Below are positions 23,597-31,680 of a stretch of 47,285 bases of DNA, in pieces. Under the pieces are notes generated by a model that saw nothing but the letters and a program-made list of their open reading frames with translations, searched no databases and was not told the DNA's origin. The position numbers and the translations under genes are program-made. The stretch's first letter is position 1; each line of letters starts with the position of its first letter. Location of the stretch: positions 1 through 47,285 of the forward strand of contig JBLMXZ010000093.1 of NCBI GenBank assembly GCA_050258015.1. The letters run 5' to 3'. The stretch comes from Deltaproteobacteria bacterium. Lineage in GTDB: Bacteria; Omnitrophota; Gorgyraeia; Velamenicoccales; Velamenicoccaceae.

Positions 23597-25189
23597 CTAA
23601 CCCTTGGTGTCCTTGCCGGTCTTCTCGGCCGTCACCTTCGGGATCGCAAAGATGGGGTTGGTCACGATGGTCTGCGGCCCCCGTGTGATCACCACGCGGT
23701 AAAAAGACGCCTTTTTAAGCGGCTGCGGGTCCACGTAGAAAAAGCCCAGCGGAAGGGCGTGGTCTTCCTCTTTGACGACCTCTCCATTGCGAATGACCGA
23801 AACTTTGATGTCCTTCGGCCCCGTGTCCGGGCGGCGCGGCACCTCCGGCTCCTGGGCGGCCTGCTCCTCCTGCGATCCTTTGCGGTCGGCCGTTACGGCT
23901 ACGATCGGAGAACCTGAAATAACGGCGATAGAACCCGGCCCGACGCGTTGTCCCGTGCTCGAATCCATGACGGAAAACTCATGCAATAATAAAGGGTCGT
24001 CCGCGCCGCCGGCGGTCGCGTACATCCGTCCCCCGCGCATCGCGTCCAGGATATCGTGCCAGTTCAAGGCCTCCCCGAGAACATACGTTCGTGTCCCCTC
24101 CATGCGACGCAGCAGCTCCTGACGGCTGCCTGTGTCGAAGGACATGCCGGAAACCGCCCAGACAGGGGCCGCGCGCTCCCCGCGGCAATATTCCATCAGA
24201 GCCCTATCCCACTGCCCGCCAGGCGCTCCGACGATCTTAAGGCCCTCCGGGAAGACACAAAATCCCGTGTAATCCTTAGTCTCCATTATCGCCCCGGGAT
24301 GAGCGAGAGTCTCATAACGAACGCCATCGTGCTCCCCCGAATTGGCCGCTTCGGGATGGGCCCAGAATGTCAGACCCCCTTCGCCCCGGACGTAATCGAT
24401 AAAGTCCTGGTAGGGCCGGTAACCGGCAGTCCGGGAATATTGATCGTATCCTTGTGGCAAAAAAGGATTTTCGTTTATGATAAAAAGAAGACCAAGACAG
24501 GCCGCGCCGATGCCCGTCAAGCGCCACCTCAGGGAGAACCGGCTGCAGACAACGCCTTTCTCGTCCGCGTAATCATACTCGCGCCGGTAAAACAGGAACG
24601 CGCCCGCCCCGAGCAAAACAAAAGGGAACAGCCGGAAGATATCCACCCAGCGCCACGAGCGCGCGATCGTTGACGGCCGCGCCACATTGGGCAAATGCCT
24701 CAGATCCTCCGCGTCCGTAAGGCCGGCAACGAGGATATGGCGATGCCAATTATTGAGCCTCAGGGAACCTGAAAAAAGAGAACCCGTCCAGTAATAAAAA
24801 GGCGCTGCCTCAACCCCGGGGATGATGATAAGGTCAGGGTATTTTCTGGAATAAAAGCTTATGTCATGCAAATAGTTAGAATATCCGTATGATGAAACGG
24901 ACTTCTCGGATTCCGATCTCTTGAGCAGGTGTTGCAAAGGCCACAGCCCATATTCCCAGCGCATGGTATCCCTGTCCATGATAATGAGGGCTTCCAGGCC
25001 CGCCTCGTGCGCCGTGTCAAAGACCTCCTCCATCGTAAAAGAACCGTCGCTTACCGTAGTGCTGACCTGAAGGCCTACGGGCATCCACCGCCAGACAAAC
25101 CCCTGCGCGTCCGCCGCATATAAGCGGGGGGCGAACCATAATAGGGCCGCGAAAAGCAGCGCCCCTCCTATCGCGTTCTTAGGCCTCAT
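23597..25189 (-). CDS. Membrane-anchored protein with a PHP-like domain (N-terminal metal-binding His motif not conserved); function unknown
   Basis: ORF track. ATG 25189 gives MRPKNAIGGALLFAALLWFAPRLYA, a signal/anchor. VSDGSFTMEEVFDTAHEAGLEALIIMDRD resembles the PHP block h-H-x-H-T-x-x-SDG ... iaiTDH with the His residues replaced. A second TM segment lies mid-protein. The functional call has low confidence. Confidence 0.6.
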   Translation of the reverse strand: MRPKNAIGGALLFAALLWFAPRLYAADAQGFVWRWMPVGLQVSTTVSDGSFTMEEVFDTAHEAGLEALIIMDRDTMRWEYGLWPLQHLLKRSESEKSVSSYGYSNYLHDISFYSRKYPDLIIIPGVEAAPFYYWTGSLFSGSLRLNNWHRHILVAGLTDAEDLRHLPNVARPSTIARSWRWVDIFRLFPFVLLGAGAFLFYRREYDYADEKGVVCSRFSLRWRLTGIGAACLGLLFIINENPFLPQGYDQYSRTAGYRPYQDFIDYVRGEGGLTFWAHPEAANSGEHDGVRYETLAHPGAIMETKDYTGFCVFPEGLKIVGAPGGQWDRALMEYCRGERAAPVWAVSGMSFDTGSRQELLRRMEGTRTYVLGEALNWHDILDAMRGGRMYATAGGADDPLLLHEFSVMDSSTGQRVGPGSIAVISGSPIVAVTADRKGSQEEQAAQEPEVPRRPDTGPKDIKVSVIRNGEVVKEEDHALPLGFFYVDPQPLKKASFYRVVITRGPQTIVTNPIFAIPKVTAEKTGKDTKG

Positions 25190-26300
25190 GCGCCGACTCC
25201 GCGTAGAGCTGCTCAAAAGCCGCGAGCATCTTTTCCTCGCTGAATTCTTTTTTGGTCCAATCGTGGGCCCGCGCCCCCATCTGCGCGCGCAGGTCGCCGT
25301 CCCCGACCAGCCGCAGGACGGCGGCCGCTATTCCCGCCGCGTCGCCCGGTGCGACGAGGAGACCCGTTTCCTCTTCGCGGACGACTTCCGGGATGCCGCC
25401 CACGCGCGCGGCGACCGCCGGGATGCCGCGGCCCGCCGCCTCAAGAATGACGCGGCCGACCGCCTCGTTGCGCGACGGGACGACGAGAACGTCCATGCGC
25501 TGCAGACACGCCTGCGCGTCCTCGACCCAGCCGGCGAACTCTATCCTGTCGAGGAGTCCCAGGGCGCGGCTGCGCTCCTCGAGATAGCGGCGCATGGAGC
25601 CGTCCCCCGCGACGAGAAAGCGGACGCGCGGCGCCGCCGGCGCGATGCGCGCCGCGGCCTCGATGAAAAACTCGGGCCCCTTGACCGGTTCGAGGCGGCC
25701 GAGGAAACCCACGCAGACATCCCCGGCCGGACGCCGCGCGGGGATATCCACGGGGACAGCGACGCCGCCCGGTATCACGCGGATCTTTGCGGCGGGACAG
25801 ATGCGATAGGCGAGCATATCCTCTCTCTCGAGTCGCGTCGATACCACGATGCGGTCGCAGTAACGGGCTGCGATCCGCTCGGCCCGCACGACGAGAGAGC
25901 TGCCGAGGGCGCCGAAGTAACCGTAAAAATCGTGGCCGTGCGGGGAATGAACGACGACCGGCACCCCTGCCCGGCGGGCCGCGATGCGGCCGAGCACTCC
26001 GGCTTTGGCGGTATGCGTATGGACGATATCGAACCTTTCGCGCCTCAAGATATCCGACAGGCTGCGGTAGGCGCAGGCGTCACGCAGCGGGTTTATGGAG
26101 CGCCGCAGCGACGGCACCAGGACCGCCCCGTCCCGCGCCTGCTCGAGGAAGCGCCGCGTCCGCTCGGAAGGTTCCCGTGTCCATCCGTAGATGAGCGTCG
26201 CGGAGAATCTCTGCGGGTCCAGTCTCTGCGCAAGCAGGCGCGCGATATCCGGCGCTCCGCCCCTGTCCAGGCGCGTTATGATGTGGCAAACCTTTATCAT
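25179..26300 (-). CDS. GT4-family glycosyltransferase
   Basis: MIKVCHIITRLDRGGA... and EAVGRVILEAAGRGIPAVAARVGGIPEVV (E-x7-E region). Start chosen at ATG 26300, because the upstream 18 codons of the track ORF start with GTG and are encoded by the octamer-repeat arm. Confidence 0.8.
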   Translation of the reverse strand: MIKVCHIITRLDRGGAPDIARLLAQRLDPQRFSATLIYGWTREPSERTRRFLEQARDGAVLVPSLRRSINPLRDACAYRSLSDILRRERFDIVHTHTAKAGVLGRIAARRAGVPVVVHSPHGHDFYGYFGALGSSLVVRAERIAARYCDRIVVSTRLEREDMLAYRICPAAKIRVIPGGVAVPVDIPARRPAGDVCVGFLGRLEPVKGPEFFIEAAARIAPAAPRVRFLVAGDGSMRRYLEERSRALGLLDRIEFAGWVEDAQACLQRMDVLVVPSRNEAVGRVILEAAGRGIPAVAARVGGIPEVVREEETGLLVAPGDAAGIAAAVLRLVGDGDLRAQMGARAHDWTKKEFSEEKMLAAFEQLYAESAHEA

Positions 26301-26313
26301 AAAAATCAGTTGG

Positions 26314-26438
26314 CAAGTAAGCGAGTTAAGCGAATAAACGAGTACAACAGGCACTGACGCCGAAAGACAAAACTCCCAAAAACACTCTTATTTCACCTTT
26401 CCAACTCGTCAACTCGTTCACTCGCTAACTCGTTTAAC
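26314..26438. repeat. Intercistronic hairpin element built from tandem octamers (type AACGAGTT/AACTCGTT)
   Basis: Right arm AACTCGTC AACTCGTT CACTCGCT AACTCGTT (26403-26434). Left arm AGCGAGTTA AGCGAATA AACGAGTA (about 26320-26345), which is the inverted array. Spacer of about 55 nt. Confidence 0.7.
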
Positions 26439-26441
26439 TAT

Positions 26442-26480
26442 CTAATATCTATACAGCTCCGTGCAGCGCCTGCAGGCGGG
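26442..26480 (-). repeat. 39-bp duplicate of the 3' end of the radical SAM gene (orphan gene tail)
   Basis: 26442-26480 versus 26534-26572 are 37/39 identical. Both read PACRRCTELYRY-stop. The two differences are synonymous (GAG/GAA, CTG/TTG). Confidence 0.8.
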
Positions 26481-26533
26481 CGCCCCACCATAATGTCCCC
26501 TTCCAGGTAGTCCCCGCCGGAAGGCGGTCAAAA

Positions 26534-27658
26534 CTAATATCTATACAATTCCGTGCAGCGCCTGCAGGCGGGGAAAATCCCTTCCTTCTTCAGCGCCTGG
26601 CGGTAACGCACGGCGTCCGGGCTGTTCCAGATCTTCAGGAACTCCGTCTCCTTCACGTTGCCGAAGGCGAACGAACAATTCAGGCACGGCCGCACCCCGC
26701 CGTCGGGAAAGACATAGGCGCATACCCAGGGGCTCATGCAGCGCGGGGCGTATTCCGAAGGCAGATAGTCCGGTCTCATGTAATATTCGACCAGCCCCTT
26801 CTCGGTGAAATTGGGATAAAAATCGACGCTGAAGGGCGCGGGTCTGCCGAGGACCTGCTGCATCTTGACGAAGAGCTTCTTCGGGTCAATGCCCGGATCG
26901 AAGACGAACCCCTCCCAGGCGCGCGACGAACACCCGAGCATCGCGTCGACGCGCCGGTGCTCGTCCAGCGCCTTGCGGCCGACAAAGATGAGATTGTGGA
27001 ACGTCAGGGAGTCCGCCTGGGCCTCCCGCGCCACATCGAGCAGAGTCTCGAGGCGCTCATAGTTATACCGGGTCACGGTGCACTGGAGATTGATCAGGGG
27101 TTTCTTGCGGCCCAGCTCCTTTTTCGCGGCGTTCACCTCGCGGATGCCGTTCATGATGCGGCCGAAGACCCCGGGCAGGCCCCGGATCTCGTCATGAAGA
27201 GCGCCGTCTCCATCGACGGAGATGTTGAGCTCGTCCCAGCCCATCGTCACCAAGTCGACCGCAAAACGGTCGAGGAGCGTGCCGTTGGTGATAACGAGCC
27301 CGTGGAGGTCCTTCTCCTTGACCGACTTCATGATCGGCAGGATCGCGGGATGAAGCAGCGGCTCTCCCCCGAAAAGCGTGATATTGGGATGGAACCCCTC
27401 GACCTCCTCAAGCACGCGGCCGACCGTTTCCTGCGGCAGGGCGTCGGCGAGCGCCGCGCCCCCCTCCTGCTTCGTGACGCCCTTATCGCCCCACTGGCCG
27501 CACATCCTGCACCGTAAATTGCACAGCCGCGTCAGGAAGAACGTGATCGCCTCGGGCGCGGGGCCCCTGCCGTCGGCGTTCTTGTAGGCCGCGTAGGCCC
27601 GCAGCCGCTTGAGCGCGACCCGAATCGCGTAACCGGGCTGCCGCACGGCCTTGCCCAT
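26534..27658 (-). CDS. Radical SAM protein with C-terminal SPASM/twitch-type Cys-rich domain
   Basis: CNLRCRMC (CxxxCxxC). The C-terminal region has CMSPWVC...CLNC...CRRC. ATG 27658 is preceded by AGGAG with a 4-nt spacer. Earlier in-frame starts at 27688 and 27694 lack an SD. Confidence 0.85.
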   Translation of the reverse strand: MGKAVRQPGYAIRVALKRLRAYAAYKNADGRGPAPEAITFFLTRLCNLRCRMCGQWGDKGVTKQEGGAALADALPQETVGRVLEEVEGFHPNITLFGGEPLLHPAILPIMKSVKEKDLHGLVITNGTLLDRFAVDLVTMGWDELNISVDGDGALHDEIRGLPGVFGRIMNGIREVNAAKKELGRKKPLINLQCTVTRYNYERLETLLDVAREAQADSLTFHNLIFVGRKALDEHRRVDAMLGCSSRAWEGFVFDPGIDPKKLFVKMQQVLGRPAPFSVDFYPNFTEKGLVEYYMRPDYLPSEYAPRCMSPWVCAYVFPDGGVRPCLNCSFAFGNVKETEFLKIWNSPDAVRYRQALKKEGIFPACRRCTELYRY

Positions 27659-27725
27659 GAATCTCCTAAGATTACGCCATGGCAACATAAACACCCTCAG
27701 AAAAACCGCTCATGCTCCGTTAAGC

Positions 27726-27815
27726 TTCGAAGTCCGAAGACCGAAGTCCGAAATCCGAAAGATCCCGAATGTAAAGGCTTCTTCGGATCTCGGAATTCAG
27801 ACATCGGATTCGCGG
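27726..27815. repeat. Intercistronic hairpin element built from tandem heptamers (type TCCGAAA/TTTCGGA)
   Basis: Left arm ttcgaaGTCCGAAGACCGAAGTCCGAAATCCGAAAGATCCCGAA. Right arm TTCGGATCTCGGAATTCAGACATCGGATTCG. The left arm is ~80% identical to the left arm at 45767-45802. Confidence 0.7.
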
Positions 27816-27817
27816 GT

Positions 27818-28999
27818 TCATTTGAGTTGTTCCCTTATCACTTCGATCATCACCTCTATATCCCCCGGCGTCACCAACGGATGCACCGGAAGCGTCACCA
27901 GGCGCTGCGCCAAATACTCGGCATTCGGGAACGCCTCGCCGCCGGCGATATCGAAGATGCGGTGCAGGGGCCGGACATACAGCCGCGAGGCCTCGATGCC
28001 GCGGCCTTCCAGGCGGTCAATGACGTTAGGGACGTACGCCGTCTCTTCGATGACGACGGGCAGCCGGTTCAAGACGGGATGCGCCTCGGATGTCCAGCGC
28101 GGCAGGCGGACCCCCGGGATATCGGACAACCCCTGCATCAGGGCCGCGGCGTTGGACCGGCGCGCGGAAAAAGTCCGCTGGCTCGACGCCAAGAGCCGGC
28201 GGCCGAAGGCCGCCTGAAAACCCGTCAGGTGCGCCTGGGGAATATCGAGCGGCACGCTCGTTTCCTTATACCGCGCGATCCAACGGCTCAAGAGGCCGTA
28301 AACACCCGGCTTGAACGCCAGACAAAGACCTCCCAGCTTGACGACGACATCCGCGTATTCCCCTAATCCGGGGCCTTTCAGTCCCATCCACGCCTCGCGC
28401 AGGAGAGCCCCGATCCGGGCATCCGAGGTCAACGCGCACCCGCCCGCGTAGACCGGCAGGTTCTTGCCGCGGTTGAAACTATAAAACGACGCGTCCCCGA
28501 AGGCCCCGACCGGCCTGCCGCCTATTGTCGCGCCAAAGGCCTGGGCAGCATCCTCGATGAAAAAAACGTCCCTCGGCAGGCGTTGCCGCAGCATCGCGGC
28601 CGCTGTCCAAGGAATCCCGAACATATGCACGCCCACCACCGCGAGCGTCCGGCCGTTGACGCGCCTCAACAGATCATCCGCGTCGGCGTTGAGATCATCC
28701 GAGGAGATATCGCAGCACGCCGGTTCCAGGCCCGCCTTCCGGATGGCGACGACGAGGCTCGGCGCCGTATAACACGGCAATAACACCTCCCGCCGGGAAC
28801 TCAAACGGCACAGGGACCGCAGGATCAACAGGAACGCCGCGCTTCCCGAATTGAGGAGAAAAGCGCTCTCCTTGCCGGCCCAGGCCGCCAGGTCGCGGCC
28901 GAATCGCTCCCGGACTCCGGCGTCCACAAGGCCGCGCCAGGCCAGGCACCAGTCGCTCCACCGCAACGGGTATCCGATGAGCGGCAGCTTCCTAGACAT
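27818..28999 (-). CDS. DegT/DnrJ/EryC1/StrS-family PLP-dependent sugar aminotransferase
   Basis: FIEDAAQAFGA and SFNRGKNL (PLP-Lys region). Start chosen at ATG 28999 (MSRKLPLIGYP...), overlapping the upstream stop by 8 nt. The longer track ORF is out-of-frame overlap. Confidence 0.8.
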   Translation of the reverse strand: MSRKLPLIGYPLRWSDWCLAWRGLVDAGVRERFGRDLAAWAGKESAFLLNSGSAAFLLILRSLCRLSSRREVLLPCYTAPSLVVAIRKAGLEPACCDISSDDLNADADDLLRRVNGRTLAVVGVHMFGIPWTAAAMLRQRLPRDVFFIEDAAQAFGATIGGRPVGAFGDASFYSFNRGKNLPVYAGGCALTSDARIGALLREAWMGLKGPGLGEYADVVVKLGGLCLAFKPGVYGLLSRWIARYKETSVPLDIPQAHLTGFQAAFGRRLLASSQRTFSARRSNAAALMQGLSDIPGVRLPRWTSEAHPVLNRLPVVIEETAYVPNVIDRLEGRGIEASRLYVRPLHRIFDIAGGEAFPNAEYLAQRLVTLPVHPLVTPGDIEVMIEVIREQLK

Positions 29000-29657
29000 T
29001 CTTCTGGGCCTCCAGAATGATGATGGGCGCCCACCGCTTGACCGGGAAGTCGACATGGAGCGCCCGGCGCACGACACATCCGTGCTGCCTCAAGACCGCG
29101 ACGATATCCTTCTCGTAATAGGTGCTCAACGGGTGGTTCTTCGTCGAAGCGTCATAATACTTGGCCAGGACGTACTTGAGGCGCAGCAACGCGTTCGCCC
29201 GGTTGCGGAATTCGATGATCAGGCGGCCGCCGGGTTTGCATACCCGGACCATCTCGCCGATGACGGCGCGCGCCGCCGTGAAACCCGGCAGGCACATAAA
29301 ACAGTTGATACAGACGACCGCGTCGAAAAAGATGTCTTCGCAGGGCAGGCGCCGCGCGTCCGCCTCTATGAGATGCGCTTCGGGAAGCCCCTCTTCGTGA
29401 AGACGCCGGCGGCAGCGCTCCAGGATGTCAGGCCAGGAGTCGACGCCCCACGCCTCGATCTCCTTGTTGCGGCGCAGGAGCTGAGCAAGAAAAAGGCCCT
29501 CGCCGCACGCGACCTCAAGGACACGCCCCCTGTAGGCGGCCGCGATGCCGTCGGCCAGGCGCCGGACTTTGGCCTGCCAGTAGCCGGCAGAGAACTCCCC
29601 GCGTTCCTCGGGTCGGGAAACCCGCCGATGAAACCAGCGATAGAGCCGGTCTATCAT
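28992..29657 (-). CDS. Class I SAM-dependent methyltransferase
   Basis: Motif I VLEVACGEG. GGAG lies 6 nt before the ATG. Confidence 0.8.
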   Translation of the reverse strand: MIDRLYRWFHRRVSRPEERGEFSAGYWQAKVRRLADGIAAAYRGRVLEVACGEGLFLAQLLRRNKEIEAWGVDSWPDILERCRRRLHEEGLPEAHLIEADARRLPCEDIFFDAVVCINCFMCLPGFTAARAVIGEMVRVCKPGGRLIIEFRNRANALLRLKYVLAKYYDASTKNHPLSTYYEKDIVAVLRQHGCVVRRALHVDFPVKRWAPIIILEAQKNV

Positions 29658-29712
29658 GTTTTACTCCAGGGGTTCGGCGCGCCTGGCCCGGACACAGAGA
29701 GCGGCGCCACGC

Positions 29713-31641
29713 TTACTTTTCTGAAAACACATAGAAGACCTTGTCCCGGCCGGGACAGAACATACGATGCGCCCAATACGCGAACAGAAGACCGCGCTGC
29801 TGCGCATCAAGACCCAACGCCTTTCCATACTGGTCCAGGGCGTACCGTACGGCCGTGGACAAGGCGCTGGAGCGCAGGTAAATAATATCGAGATAGCGGC
29901 GGAAAACATCCGGCCTCAAATGAACGCCGTCCTGCTGCCACATAGAGTGCGCGTGGACATAGCGCAGGATGAACTCCATCAGGTCCATCAACGGCAGCCC
30001 CTGCATGGAGAAACAGTCCCAGTCGATCACCCGCAGGCCCTGCGGCGTCGCGAAAACGTTCGCGGGCCGCAGGTCGCCGTGGCACACCACGGCCGGCACA
30101 CGCACGGCAGACGCCTGAGCAAAAAAGGCCTTCTTGGGGACGAACGCCGCCAGATCCTGGAGCAGCGACCGGACGGCATCCCCCTCGAAGACAAAACTGC
30201 CGACGACCGAGACGCGATGAAAAGCCGAAAGCCAGGCCGTGACCGCGTTCAGGTGACCGATAAACTCGCGCTTCCAGAACGGGCTGCGGCGTTCGGCCCG
30301 GCGCCGCAGGGAAATACCCGGCACGAAGGTCTCGCGGACCAGGAACGCGCCCCCCTCTTTCCAGGAGCGCAGGACCTGCGGCACCGAATGAGCCAAAAGC
30401 GGCTCCGGATGGGCGTAAAGGGAGCGCATAAGGGCGCACATCCGCTGCCACCTGTCCGGTTGATCGTCGCGGTAGATCTTAAGGACGGTCGCCGGCCGGT
30501 CCGCGCCGGACTCAAAGGAGAACTGAGAGACGCGCTCCACGCCCTGATGAAGGATCGTGTTGCACGCGACGGCCGCGTCCCCGCCCGCGCCTTTCTGGGC
30601 GAAGATGCCGAAGTCGGGAACGAAGTATTTCACCAGCCCGTAAAGCCGCAAGGCCCGCGTCACGGTGATGAAGAACCGCTGGAAGCGGTTGCGCGAAGAG
30701 ACGAAATCACCCAGGAAGAAACGGACCCATCGCGCGTCGTCCAGGGGCAGGAAATAATAGAAGCGCCGGTAGGTGGGCAGCGGCGCAAAGAAACACGCGC
30801 GGCCGAACCCCGCCGCTTTAAGCAGGCGCTTGTGCTCCCCATATGTGTACGTGTACTCCCTGAAATCCTTCCCCCGCGCCAGACGGCTGTACAGATTGGC
30901 CACCGGCCGCGGCAGGATCGGCGCGAAACGCAGGCCCGAATGGGTATCGCGCAGGCCCAGAAAATTGATGACGGCCCAGCGGTTCTCGATCGCCACATAC
31001 AAGATGCCTCCGGGCTTAAGGACGCGGCAGGCCTCCTTGAGCGCCGCCGCCTGGACACGGGCAGGGTCGCCCTCCTGCGTCGAGGGTATCCACTCAAGCA
31101 CCCCGTTGAGCACGATGCCGTCGAAGAACCCATCGGCAAAGGGCAGATGTGTCGCCTCGCCGCAAACGGGGATCACGCCGGGGCACCTCTCCTGCTGCCG
31201 GCGCAGCATGAGCAAGGCCGAACGCTGCGGCACGATATCCAGCCCGTATACCTCGTCGAACCGCTGCGCCAGGGGAAAAGACAAAGCGCCCCAGCCGCAG
31301 CCGACGTCCAGCACGCGCGCGGTCCGGGGCAACGACACCAGGTACGTCCAGTTGGCCCGGCGCTTGTCCGTCAGATACTCATAATATCCGGGGTCACGCT
31401 CCCCGAAGAAATCCTTGACCGCAGCCAACCAGCCCCTTTGGCGACAGGCCTCCAGGAGCCGGTCCATCACCTGCGGCGGATATTCTCCCCAATACCGGTC
31501 GCGCTCCCGGCGGAAGTCGGCAACGCCGTCCTGAACGGGCCACCGGACCGAGCACGACGCGCAGACCAGACCCTGGCCGTCCCGCTTCAAGGCGGCTCGA
31601 CATGCCGGACACGCGAAATCATTCCTATTCACCTGATCCAT
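29713..31641 (-). CDS. Three-part fusion: Trm112-like zinc ribbon, SAM methyltransferase, and APH/choline-kinase-like phosphotransferase (WbdD-like architecture)
   Basis: CPACRAALKRDGQGLVCASC. Motif I VLDVGCGWG. Kinase block VVCHGDLRPANVF...RVIDWD. Confidence 0.8.
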   Translation of the reverse strand: MDQVNRNDFACPACRAALKRDGQGLVCASCSVRWPVQDGVADFRRERDRYWGEYPPQVMDRLLEACRQRGWLAAVKDFFGERDPGYYEYLTDKRRANWTYLVSLPRTARVLDVGCGWGALSFPLAQRFDEVYGLDIVPQRSALLMLRRQQERCPGVIPVCGEATHLPFADGFFDGIVLNGVLEWIPSTQEGDPARVQAAALKEACRVLKPGGILYVAIENRWAVINFLGLRDTHSGLRFAPILPRPVANLYSRLARGKDFREYTYTYGEHKRLLKAAGFGRACFFAPLPTYRRFYYFLPLDDARWVRFFLGDFVSSRNRFQRFFITVTRALRLYGLVKYFVPDFGIFAQKGAGGDAAVACNTILHQGVERVSQFSFESGADRPATVLKIYRDDQPDRWQRMCALMRSLYAHPEPLLAHSVPQVLRSWKEGGAFLVRETFVPGISLRRRAERRSPFWKREFIGHLNAVTAWLSAFHRVSVVGSFVFEGDAVRSLLQDLAAFVPKKAFFAQASAVRVPAVVCHGDLRPANVFATPQGLRVIDWDCFSMQGLPLMDLMEFILRYVHAHSMWQQDGVHLRPDVFRRYLDIIYLRSSALSTAVRYALDQYGKALGLDAQQRGLLFAYWAHRMFCPGRDKVFYVFSEK

Positions 31642-31680
31642 GCTATCCGATATCCGATCGAAAGACCGACACGCACATGG

